Of a DNA stretch of 40,238 nt, positions 28,240-36,520 are shown one piece after another. The first letter of the stretch is position 1. The number at the start of each line of letters is the position of its first letter. The notes beneath the pieces were generated by a model. The model was given only the letters and a program-made list of their open reading frames with translations. It was not told where the DNA came from and did no database searches. This stretch comes from Bacteriovoracaceae bacterium (GTDB lineage: Bacteria > Bdellovibrionota > Bacteriovoracia > Bacteriovoracales > Bacteriovoracaceae), in NCBI GenBank assembly GCA_018649885.1, contig JABIHA010000126.1:62001-102238 (forward strand), read 5' to 3'. A program made the translations under genes and the position numbers.

Positions 28240-28738
28240 CTACCGACTCCGATGACCACTGGCTTGTCCCACTTTGTCCTGGACCTGAGCTTACCTTAAC
28301 TACAAGACTTTTAATCATATGCTCTTTGAGACTTTTCTTGTCGCTGGTAAGTTGTTTAATAAAAAAGTGTGAGAACTCTTCAACTGTTGTATTAGTGATT
28401 GGTAAAATGAGTGTATCGGCCTGGAGAAAAGGAATCTTCTCGTGATTAAATTTTACAATTAATTGATTCCCCTCTTCTTCAATTTTTAGGTGGGGAGAAT
28501 TTTGAGGTAAAATAGTATATTGATTTAGACTTTGGCAAAGATCTTTAAGCTTTTTCTTATAGACCTGATAGTTAAAGCACATACCCTCATCACTTACAGG
28601 GGCTGAAATTTGTGCTGATACTGTAAAATTGTGACCGTGAAGCCTTTCACGATTGGACTTTGAAAAAATGGTGAAGTGAGCAATTGAAAATTTTTGGTCT
28701 TCCTTTGCCAACTCAATTGTAGTCATACGATTTTCCAT
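28232..28738 (-). CDS. 6-pyruvoyl-tetrahydropterin synthase family protein (COG0720), PTPS-III-type motif
   Basis: FSIAHF, ERLHGHNF (ExxHGH with no Cys) and NTTVEE. Confidence 0.88.
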   Translation of the reverse strand: MENRMTTIELAKEDQKFSIAHFTIFSKSNRERLHGHNFTVSAQISAPVSDEGMCFNYQVYKKKLKDLCQSLNQYTILPQNSPHLKIEEEGNQLIVKFNHEKIPFLQADTLILPITNTTVEEFSHFFIKQLTSDKKSLKEHMIKSLVVKVSSGPGQSGTSQWSSESVGE

Positions 28739-28744
28739 AATCGC

Positions 28745-29479
28745 CTATGCTTGTACCGGCTTGATCCCGGCAAGTTGATCAAGAGCTTCCAGCTCATGAA
28801 TAAATTTGTCCCTAGTAGATTGAACCAGCTTATCTATGTCAGCTATGTTGATTCCCTTAGTCACAATGGCAGGAAGAACTTTGATTTTTAAATCGGCAGC
28901 CTTCCAGCGATTGTAGTCAATTTGGTTATGAAAATGAGGGAGGATCACAGGAAAGATGGGAACCCCTGAAGTAATCCCTATATGAAAAGCACCTTTTTTA
29001 AATTCGCCTAGCCCTTTGCCATGACTACGCGTTCCCTCAGGCAAAATGTAAACTGATAAATTCTCAGCCACAAGAGTATCCTTCACATTTTGCATACACT
29101 TTAAGGCCCGCTGCTTATTAGAGCGATCTATTAAAAAGTTGCCTCCCAGCCAAAAAAGCCATCCAAAAAATGGAATCCACTTTAACTGTTTCTTACCAAT
29201 AACTAATGTTTTTTTAGGACAGAGGTGAGAGAGCAAAAAGAGATCTAGAGTACTTTGATGATTAGAAATCAAAATCTTTGGACCTTCTTCATAAATAATC
29301 TCGCCACCATCAAGGTGATACTTTACGCCCAAAATTCTGAGTGTGAGTCCCGAGACAACTTGCCCGAATAGCCAGGAATTATCCCTATGAAAAGGTCTAA
29401 AGACAAAAACGGGCAGTACAAATAGGCATGCCGGAAAAAAACAGATGAATGCCAAGATTAGGCGAATTACTTTTAACAC
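28745..29479 (-). CDS. plsC: 1-acyl-sn-glycerol-3-phosphate acyltransferase
   Basis: NHQSTLD, LIDR, PEGTRS and FKKGAF motifs. GTG 29479 is preferred over the track TTG 29521. Confidence 0.92.
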   Translation of the reverse strand: MLKVIRLILAFICFFPACLFVLPVFVFRPFHRDNSWLFGQVVSGLTLRILGVKYHLDGGEIIYEEGPKILISNHQSTLDLFLLSHLCPKKTLVIGKKQLKWIPFFGWLFWLGGNFLIDRSNKQRALKCMQNVKDTLVAENLSVYILPEGTRSHGKGLGEFKKGAFHIGITSGVPIFPVILPHFHNQIDYNRWKAADLKIKVLPAIVTKGINIADIDKLVQSTRDKFIHELEALDQLAGIKPVQA

Positions 29480-29532
29480 ATCCCTATTGTAGAGATCCCC
29501 GGATCCATCGTCTATTGCCAACTTACAATCGA

Positions 29533-30252
29533 CTAATTAAGTGCTGTTCCGATGCGATGCGGTCTAAAGCGAACAGGGTGTTCACCAAATGGGAAAATCA
29601 TGGAAAACCACACAAACATGGCCCTTCCCTTGATATTTTCTTGAGGGACGAATCTCCAGAACCTTGAATCTGAGGAGAAATCTCTATTGTCTCCCATGAC
29701 AAAATACTTCCCTTCGGGAATCTGAGTCTTAGGGTATTGCTGGTGCATATACCTAGTTTTAGTATATTGAATGACGTGCTTATGCTCACCTGTGGCTGCC
29801 TTGAAGAACAAAAAGTCATGATCTTTGAAGGCGTCATCCATATCCGCCATAACGTCACTGCCATTAAACTCTTCTGTTTTTATAGGCTTATCGTTGATGT
29901 AAACAACATTATCCACAACTTCAACAGAGTCACCAGGGAGACCAATGACCCTCTTAATATAATTAAAGCTGGGATCTTTGGGGAATTTAAAAACAATCAC
30001 ATCCCCTCTTTTGGGAGATGAAAAGGAGCTTATGTAGACTGGGTCCCAAAATAAGTCCGAATAAGGGACTTTAAAACCATAGGCAAATTTATTAACCAAA
30101 ATAAAATCCCCAATCATTAAAGTTGGGATCATTGAACCACTTGGAATCTTGAAGGGTTCAAAGAATGTGGATCTAAAGGCAAAGACCACAAGAATGATGA
30201 GGGATATCGATTTAACTTCTTTTACAATTTTTTGCTTTCTAGTCATTTCCAT
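29533..30252 (-). CDS. lepB: Signal peptidase I
   Basis: IPSGSMIPTL, YIKRVIGLPGD and MGDNRDFSSDSR motifs. Confidence 0.97.
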   Translation of the reverse strand: MEMTRKQKIVKEVKSISLIILVVFAFRSTFFEPFKIPSGSMIPTLMIGDFILVNKFAYGFKVPYSDLFWDPVYISSFSSPKRGDVIVFKFPKDPSFNYIKRVIGLPGDSVEVVDNVVYINDKPIKTEEFNGSDVMADMDDAFKDHDFLFFKAATGEHKHVIQYTKTRYMHQQYPKTQIPEGKYFVMGDNRDFSSDSRFWRFVPQENIKGRAMFVWFSMIFPFGEHPVRFRPHRIGTALN

Positions 30253-30328
30253 ATTTTAGTTTCTACTCCGCTGGCCTTAATTTAACAAGTACTCAACATT
30301 GTATTTGCTGCCTTGTACTGTTGCAACT

Positions 30329-30922
30329 CTAGTTTGAAAAGTGGCCTTTTCTTTCTGCATTATCAAGAATTTCGTGAATTAATCCATGAAGCTCTGGAAA
30401 TTGAGCAGAAGTGTTGGTGACTTTTTCTAAGACTCTACTTTTTTCAATTTTGTGCTGAACCCATGTTCCCCCGTCGTTAAGGTAGTTGCACAACACGGGT
30501 TGAAGTCTATCAATTGTTTTTACAAATTGGGCCTCAAGAGAATTTGCATCTTCAAATTCTATCCATAGATCGTGGAGCTCACGAGATAAATCTGGGGACA
30601 ATCTTCCAAAAACTAATTTTGCTGCCTCTCTTTCTTTTTGCTCGTTTTCAACTCTGGCCTTGTCGTCATAAATAAAAACATCGCCCGCTTCAATTTCCAC
30701 CACATCGTGGATAAGGGCCATTTTTATGGCCTTCAGTATATCTATGGGTGCACCACTTCGCCCTGCAAGAGTCATCACCATCATCGCCAAATGCCATGAA
30801 TGCTCTGCAGAATTTTCTCTACGGTCGTCACTTACAATTTTATTCATGCGCAAAACGCCTTTGAGGCGATCTATTTCCACTAAAAAATCTAGCTCTGGGC
30901 ACAATTTTAAAAGGCTCTCCAT
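30329..30922 (-). CDS. HD-domain phosphohydrolase (YfbR/HDDC2-like)
   Basis: RENSAEHSWHLA, ALIHDVVEIEAGD and DRLQP motifs. Confidence 0.9.
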   Translation of the reverse strand: MESLLKLCPELDFLVEIDRLKGVLRMNKIVSDDRRENSAEHSWHLAMMVMTLAGRSGAPIDILKAIKMALIHDVVEIEAGDVFIYDDKARVENEQKEREAAKLVFGRLSPDLSRELHDLWIEFEDANSLEAQFVKTIDRLQPVLCNYLNDGGTWVQHKIEKSRVLEKVTNTSAQFPELHGLIHEILDNAERKGHFSN

Positions 30923-30964
30923 TCACTTCCCTTTCTCATAATTTTTAACCTACCATAGACTAAT

Positions 30965-32305
30965 ATGAAGGCACTGGACCACAAAAAAACAGCAGTAATT
31001 GACCTCGAGACCACCGGCGGTGAAGACCCTCAGATAATCGAAATCTCCATAGTTATTATTAAAGATGGTATTATCTGTGAAGATTACACCAAGCTTGTGA
31101 ATCCTGAAAAAAAAATATCAGCTGCCTCTCACGCTCTAACTGGCATTGATGACAAGATGGTAGAGCTGGCTCCTAAATTTTATGAGATAGCTGAGGACAT
31201 TGAGCTTTTTACCAAAGATTGCATTCTTGTCGCCCACCCTATTTCATTTGATTACGAATTTCTGCAAAAAAAATTCCAGAAGCTGGGAATCGACTATCAA
31301 AGAAAGACAAAATGTACCTTCCTTTTAAGTAAAGAATTTCTCCCCCAGATAAATTCATATAAATTAAAAGATCTATGTGAGCTTATGAGTGTGGAGACAA
31401 AAAACCTACACCGGGCCTTGCCTGATGCTCTAAGCACGGCCAGGCTATATCTAAAACTAGTTCATCATGCTAATAGATGGACCAAAAAATCGACTCCTTC
31501 CTATTTTAAATACACAATACTACCTGAAAAAGTGAGTAGCTCTGAAATTGAAAAACTACCTAGAAGATCTGGCGTAGTACTTTTCCTTGATAAGGATGGT
31601 ACTGCCCTTCTTATTGATCACGGAGAAAATATTTTTAATAAAGTGATTAAAACTTTTCATCTCCAAAATTCAAAGGCCTTGATTTTTAAAAACAAAGATC
31701 AGATTACTAAAATAGAATATAGATGCTTTGATAGTAAATTTGTATCTCATCTCTATGCAGAGAAGCTGGTTCGGTATTTAAAACCCAGATTCCAAAAAAA
31801 GACCTATACCCACAAATTAATCAGTACTAAAAATAGAGATGGTGAAGTTAAATTAAAAATTATCGCCAATAGAGATTCAAAAAAAGGACTGCAATATTTT
31901 CGGAACAAAAAAGAAGCTGACATATTCTATAGTAGAATGCAAAAGTGTCTTGATACTCCGGTGTATGCATACTCTGAAAGTACAAAGAGTGAAAATACTA
32001 AAAATGTAAATTTAGCTACTCAGAAATTCTTAGATCAGTTTCGTTATCCACAAGAAAACTTTTTTATTCAAGGTCCAAAAAATTTAAAAGGAGCTCAAAG
32101 CTTTGTCTTGTTTGAAAAAGGGGTATTAAAAGGGCATGGACAAATTCCAACTCTCCATGAGGCGAAACACGTTTCAGACTTTACTGCCTTTATGATTCCC
32201 ATATTTGAAGGACCAGAACAAAGATACCAGGCCATTAAATATATTAAAGAAATTCAAAACTGCTACCAAACACGGTTTTCCATAGTAAGTCTGAAATCCA
32301 GTTAA
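30965..32305 (+). CDS. DEDDh (DnaQ-like) 3'-5' exonuclease with a degenerate GIY-YIG-like domain
   Basis: IDLETTG, VAHPISFDY and HRALPDA motifs, followed by LPRRSGVVLFLDKDGTALLID. Confidence 0.87.
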   Translation: MKALDHKKTAVIDLETTGGEDPQIIEISIVIIKDGIICEDYTKLVNPEKKISAASHALTGIDDKMVELAPKFYEIAEDIELFTKDCILVAHPISFDYEFLQKKFQKLGIDYQRKTKCTFLLSKEFLPQINSYKLKDLCELMSVETKNLHRALPDALSTARLYLKLVHHANRWTKKSTPSYFKYTILPEKVSSSEIEKLPRRSGVVLFLDKDGTALLIDHGENIFNKVIKTFHLQNSKALIFKNKDQITKIEYRCFDSKFVSHLYAEKLVRYLKPRFQKKTYTHKLISTKNRDGEVKLKIIANRDSKKGLQYFRNKKEADIFYSRMQKCLDTPVYAYSESTKSENTKNVNLATQKFLDQFRYPQENFFIQGPKNLKGAQSFVLFEKGVLKGHGQIPTLHEAKHVSDFTAFMIPIFEGPEQRYQAIKYIKEIQNCYQTRFSIVSLKSS

Positions 32306-32310
32306 AACCT

Positions 32311-33267
32311 TTATTTATGAAGCTTTAGAAACCGGATGATATCTTTTCTCATGGGAGGAGTTATCTCATCTGCTACATCTTGATATATTCGAAAACTACA
32401 ATTGCACCCATAGTCTTTATATATTTTTCCTATTTTTCTATATCGTTTGATAGGACTGCTTCCAAAGATCTCAACTACCTTTGCTTTTTGCTCTTCATCC
32501 ATTCCCTCTTTGAGGTCCAGTACATCCCTTGTGTCATTATTGCCTTGGTAAAAGAGCATGGGAATTTCTTTGGCCTCTTTCCAGCGAAAGTATTGACCAG
32601 TGATACTTCTAATATCATCTGTTCCAAGAGGATAATCTAAATCATTTCCGTGCCATATTTTTTTGGGAACCATTGGCATTCCCCCTGTGGGTCCTATTAG
32701 CGCCGCTTGGACCATTCGAGGATGAAGAAGAGTAAACCTATTTGTAAAAAGGGCCGACTTCCAGTAACCGGCCATTAAAACCTTAGGATGGGTACTGTAG
32801 CCACGTGACTCAAGTCTACCTCTAAAATCTTCAATCATTCGAATTAGCTGGATATCAATTCTTTTTAACTTGCCCTTTCTCACCATCAAAGTATCACGAT
32901 CAAGTGAATGAGTGTCATACCACCAGTACTTTTCTGAACGTGGAAAAACAGGTCTCATTATTATCAGATTGATATTTTCAGCAATGGCATTAACCGTATA
33001 ACCCGTTTTTTCAAGTCCAAGTTCTAGATGAAAATTCATCACATTTTCTTCCCTATTTGAATAGTAGGGAAGAACTAAAATTCTATTGGTTTTTTCAACT
33101 TCTAAAGTTGAAGGAATATAGTAGTAATAGGGCCAATTAAAGCCACTGCTAACTTTTGCTTTCACTTTATGAACTTTACTCTTAATAATATAAGCATGTT
33201 TACTACATCCAAGTAGAGCAGTAAGCAAAATTAGAAGAAGGGGCACTAAACTAAGTTTTCTACGCAT
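32311..33267 (-). CDS. Alpha/beta-hydrolase-fold lipoprotein, probably catalytically inactive
   Basis: ATG 33267 gives MRRKLSL... with lipobox LLGC. HSLDRD and RIDIQLIRMIED are present. The nucleophile elbow reads AGYWKSALFTNRF. Confidence 0.75.
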   Translation of the reverse strand: MRRKLSLVPLLLILLTALLGCSKHAYIIKSKVHKVKAKVSSGFNWPYYYYIPSTLEVEKTNRILVLPYYSNREENVMNFHLELGLEKTGYTVNAIAENINLIIMRPVFPRSEKYWWYDTHSLDRDTLMVRKGKLKRIDIQLIRMIEDFRGRLESRGYSTHPKVLMAGYWKSALFTNRFTLLHPRMVQAALIGPTGGMPMVPKKIWHGNDLDYPLGTDDIRSITGQYFRWKEAKEIPMLFYQGNNDTRDVLDLKEGMDEEQKAKVVEIFGSSPIKRYRKIGKIYKDYGCNCSFRIYQDVADEITPPMRKDIIRFLKLHK

Positions 33268-33356
33268 AATTATATTATATATGAAAGCGGGCCAGCTCCC
33301 AATAAGATGCAAAATACGCTTAGTTATGCGTAGAGTGGCTGAGTATTCTAATCAGT

Positions 33357-33458
33357 CTAGGGAAGTAGTGGAAGAACTGAAGCCTGTGCTTCAAGCAAAA
33401 TAGTAAGGCCAATAAGTGAAATAAACATAGAAAGAATGTAGGTGTTTGCTAGGCTCAT
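33357..33458 (-). CDS. Unannotated 33-aa hydrophobic peptide MSLANTYILSMFISLIGLTILLEAQASVLPLLP
   Basis: Strong RBS AAGGAGGAG before ATG 33458, TAG at 33357-33359, and one TM-length hydrophobic stretch. Confidence 0.65.
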   Translation of the reverse strand: MSLANTYILSMFISLIGLTILLEAQASVLPLLP

Positions 33459-33549
33459 TTGTCTCTCCTCCTTGAGAAATCAATAAATTTCATTTAATGG
33501 GTCCGACCCATTTAAGGACCTCTCCTAGTCCTTTGATGAGTCATTAAAA

Positions 33550-33565
33550 AGCAAGATAGGTACCA
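33550..33565 (-). promoter_or_regulatory. Sigma-54 (RpoN) -24/-12 promoter
   Basis: Minus strand TGGTAC-CTATC-TTGCT matches TGGCAC-N5-TTGCW with one mismatch and points to the small ORF. Confidence 0.65.
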
Positions 33566-33726
33566 AACACAGCGCCTAAAAACTGCTATTTGGAAAACGG
33601 GATTGAACAAACAATATACAGATTGTGTACTTTTTACTCAGAAAAATAAAATCTATTTAAAAGACCTGTGCCCATATTCCCTAGGTGAATGCAGCTTCCC
33701 AGGTTAAAATTAATTTGGAGAAAACT

Positions 33727-34011
33727 ATGATCAAATTATTGGCCCTTACGGTATTACTTATTTCCAGCACAGCAAATGCAGAACTGGCCACTTGCTCATT
33801 TAGCTATAAAGGAAAAGTCACTAGAGATTTTGTGGCACTTTTAGGCCCTCAGATTTCAAAATCCTCATGCAAGAAGTTACTTAGTAAATTTAGAAAGTCA
33901 TTTTGTAAAGGCCACCGAAAACAAGCCTACGTAGAAACTATTTTTTTAAAGGCCCGAGATGGAAAAACACTCTATTCAAATCAAGGCCGAGGCACTGAAT
34001 ACTGCTATTGA
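33727..34011 (+). CDS. Small secreted Cys-containing basic protein
   Basis: GGAG RBS before ATG 33727, signal peptide ending ANA, 4 Cys, Lys/Arg-rich. Confidence 0.72.
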   Translation: MIKLLALTVLLISSTANAELATCSFSYKGKVTRDFVALLGPQISKSSCKKLLSKFRKSFCKGHRKQAYVETIFLKARDGKTLYSNQGRGTEYCY

Positions 34012-34718
34012 TAAATAGGAAAGCTTCCCTGTAGATGGAAGCTGGACCCAAACCTTGGGTCAGGCGAGAACTCCCCTCTTTCATAATCTTGGGCAGTTAT
34101 CACAGTTACATGTTCGAGTATTTTTCGATGTTTTTGATTTTCAAATCGTAAAAAGACTTCTTCAAATTTTTGTTTTTCACTATCTCTCAAGTACCAATTT
34201 CCATACCCATCATCATTTGCAGAGAGAAGGTAATTAAATGTTTGGTACTCCGATAATGAGGGAATACCGCCAAGTCCAGATACAACCCCAGGAAAACTCA
34301 GCTGTAATCTATATCCATTTAAATCACTAGACTCAGGCAAAATAGTTGCCTTCAGATTAAGGAAGTTCAAAAAACCAGAAACTCCTAAATTGTATCCAGA
34401 CTTTCTCGTTAACTTATCAAAGTCATGAACTTCAGTGACAATAGATCCGTAGTACTCATGTTCAGGATCTCCACTAAATTGGCCGGAGTATTCAAAACAA
34501 ATTTGGGTAGGACTATTGTCTTCACCGTTACCGAAAATTAAGTGGACCTCTGCTTTAAAATCATCAATATTTACGTAGGGAAGCCTTGCTCTGTAGACAT
34601 CTAAATTTGAACCAATAAAAAGAATGCGTTGATTTAATCCCTGTTCATCACAGTCCGCAAAAGTAGATCCGCAGTATAAACAAACCAATACAAACGCTAT
34701 AAATTTCTTTAATTTCAT
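34005..34718 (-). CDS. Hypothetical secreted protein
   Basis: Signal peptide MKLKKFIAFVLVCLYCGSTFA; track start is 34733. Confidence 0.75.
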   Translation of the reverse strand: MKLKKFIAFVLVCLYCGSTFADCDEQGLNQRILFIGSNLDVYRARLPYVNIDDFKAEVHLIFGNGEDNSPTQICFEYSGQFSGDPEHEYYGSIVTEVHDFDKLTRKSGYNLGVSGFLNFLNLKATILPESSDLNGYRLQLSFPGVVSGLGGIPSLSEYQTFNYLLSANDDGYGNWYLRDSEKQKFEEVFLRFENQKHRKILEHVTVITAQDYERGEFSPDPRFGSSFHLQGSFPIYQ

Positions 34719-34920
34719 AGTTAAATCCCACACAGATAATCACCGTTTTATCACGCTTTTGAGGGCCCAGGTCGGATTTTGAATAATTTTTAGAGCTATT
34801 TAACAGATTGACTCTTCGCGCGTTCCATAATTTTAAGTAGTTGAACAATATTATAGCTTCTACACTGTCATTGAATAAGTGTTTGTCCCATCGTAGAAAG
34901 AATTTTGGGGATAAGCAGTT

Positions 34921-36501
34921 ATGAAAAAACTAATTTTTACAATTCTAATACTCGAAAGCTTTTGTGCTCACGCGGAAATAATTAAGCCAGTGAAAAACCT
35001 AATTTTATTAATAGGTGACGGCATGGGCCCACAACAAATTTCACTGGCACAGATTTATCTAAACCACGCCAAAAAATCACCCTTTGTCAGAAAGGGTCTC
35101 CACATGACCAATTCTGATATGGTGGCCTTATCCTTTACGACTCCCCATGGAAATTTAGTGACCGACTCTGCCTGCTCAGCTACTCAGTTGGCCACAGGAA
35201 AACAGGCAATGTCTGAGATGATCGGCGTTGATAAAAAAGGCCGAAGCGCTAAGACAATTTTAGAAATGGCCAAGCAGGCCGGTAAATCAACAGGCCTTGT
35301 TTCTGATACAAGAATTACTCATGCAACACCTGCCAGTTTTGCCTCACACGTTCCCAATAGACACCTGGAAAATGAAATAGCCAAACAGCTGGCCACAAGT
35401 GATGTGGATGTCATGTTCTCTGGAGGAGTAAGACATTTTTTACCAAGTGAAACAAATAACCCACAAAGTGCGGCCTACAAAAAACTAAGAAAAATAATTC
35501 CCGCTCATATTGGATTAAAATCAAAACGTACCGACAGTCTCAACCTCTTAGATCTTGCGACCAAAAAGGGAAAGAGCTTAGTCTTCGACAGACAATCCCT
35601 TAGAGACACCAAGGCCCGTAAAGTATTGGGTCTTTTTACCAACTCAGCTATCCCCAATGCCATCAGCATGAAAGAATTATCAAAAAATCCTTCAAGGGCC
35701 ATCCCAAACCTCCAGGAGATGACACATAAAGCGCTTGAAATTTTATCGAAAAATCCTAAAGGCTTTTTTCTGATGGTCGAAGGCGGTCAAATTGATTGGG
35801 CAGGGCACGCGGGGGATGCTGGGGCCATGCTCCATGAAATGCTACAGTTTGATGAGACCATAAAAATTGTTATAGACTGGGCGAAAAATAGAGACGACAC
35901 ATTGGTAATAGCCACAGCTGACCATGAAACAGGGTCCTTTGGATTTAGCTACCACAACGCAAATATTCCAAAGCCTTCACCATTTCCAGGAAAAGAATTT
36001 AAAGATATCAAGTTTAAACCCACAATGAATTATGGGAATTACAACATACTCGATAAGCTCTACGCCCAAAAAGGCGATTTATTTTCTGTATCTAAGAAGT
36101 TTGGAAAACTCAGTGCTAATAAGCAAAATGGCGAATCTCTTTGCCAAATGGTAAATCAAATAACACCCTTTAAACTGCAAAAAATAGAATGCCAAAAAGT
36201 TATTGATGATTACAATCGCCCTAGAAGTGTTGATGGTCCAAACCTCCACTCTCACACTTTGGGTTACAACCGAGATTACTCCAACAAAGTACACCAATTT
36301 ACTAATCTTATCAGTGGCGTGTTGGCCACCAAGCAAAATGTCGCTTGGGGAACGGGAACACACACAGCGACTCCTGTATCCGTCTTAAGCTGGGGCCCCA
36401 AGAGTTGGACATCTCAGTACACGGGATTCATGCACCATGTTTTCCTGGGACAGCTGATGCAAAAATCATTGGGTGTGAAAGAAAAAACTACTTTATATTA
36501 A
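34921..36501 (+). CDS. phoA: Alkaline phosphatase (PhoA family)
   Basis: LIGDGMG, VTDSACSAT (catalytic Ser), HATPA, VEGGQIDWAGH, TADHETG and THT motifs; signal peptide. Confidence 0.95.
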   Translation: MKKLIFTILILESFCAHAEIIKPVKNLILLIGDGMGPQQISLAQIYLNHAKKSPFVRKGLHMTNSDMVALSFTTPHGNLVTDSACSATQLATGKQAMSEMIGVDKKGRSAKTILEMAKQAGKSTGLVSDTRITHATPASFASHVPNRHLENEIAKQLATSDVDVMFSGGVRHFLPSETNNPQSAAYKKLRKIIPAHIGLKSKRTDSLNLLDLATKKGKSLVFDRQSLRDTKARKVLGLFTNSAIPNAISMKELSKNPSRAIPNLQEMTHKALEILSKNPKGFFLMVEGGQIDWAGHAGDAGAMLHEMLQFDETIKIVIDWAKNRDDTLVIATADHETGSFGFSYHNANIPKPSPFPGKEFKDIKFKPTMNYGNYNILDKLYAQKGDLFSVSKKFGKLSANKQNGESLCQMVNQITPFKLQKIECQKVIDDYNRPRSVDGPNLHSHTLGYNRDYSNKVHQFTNLISGVLATKQNVAWGTGTHTATPVSVLSWGPKSWTSQYTGFMHHVFLGQLMQKSLGVKEKTTLY

Positions 36502-36520
36502 AGAGACTGGGCGTGTACAT

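Noticed and set aside
28232..28738. queD (queuosine or 7-deazaguanine DNA modification system)
   Set aside because: It lacks the catalytic Cys of the CxxxHGH QueD motif, and no queC, queE or dpd genes are nearby.
33259..33286. dif-like site (TCTACGCATAA-TTATA-TTATATATGAA)
   Set aside because: The left arm resembles a XerC arm, but the spacer is 5 rather than 6 nt and the right arm lacks the conserved TTATGTTAAAT. It is better explained as a -10 box plus start codon on the minus strand.
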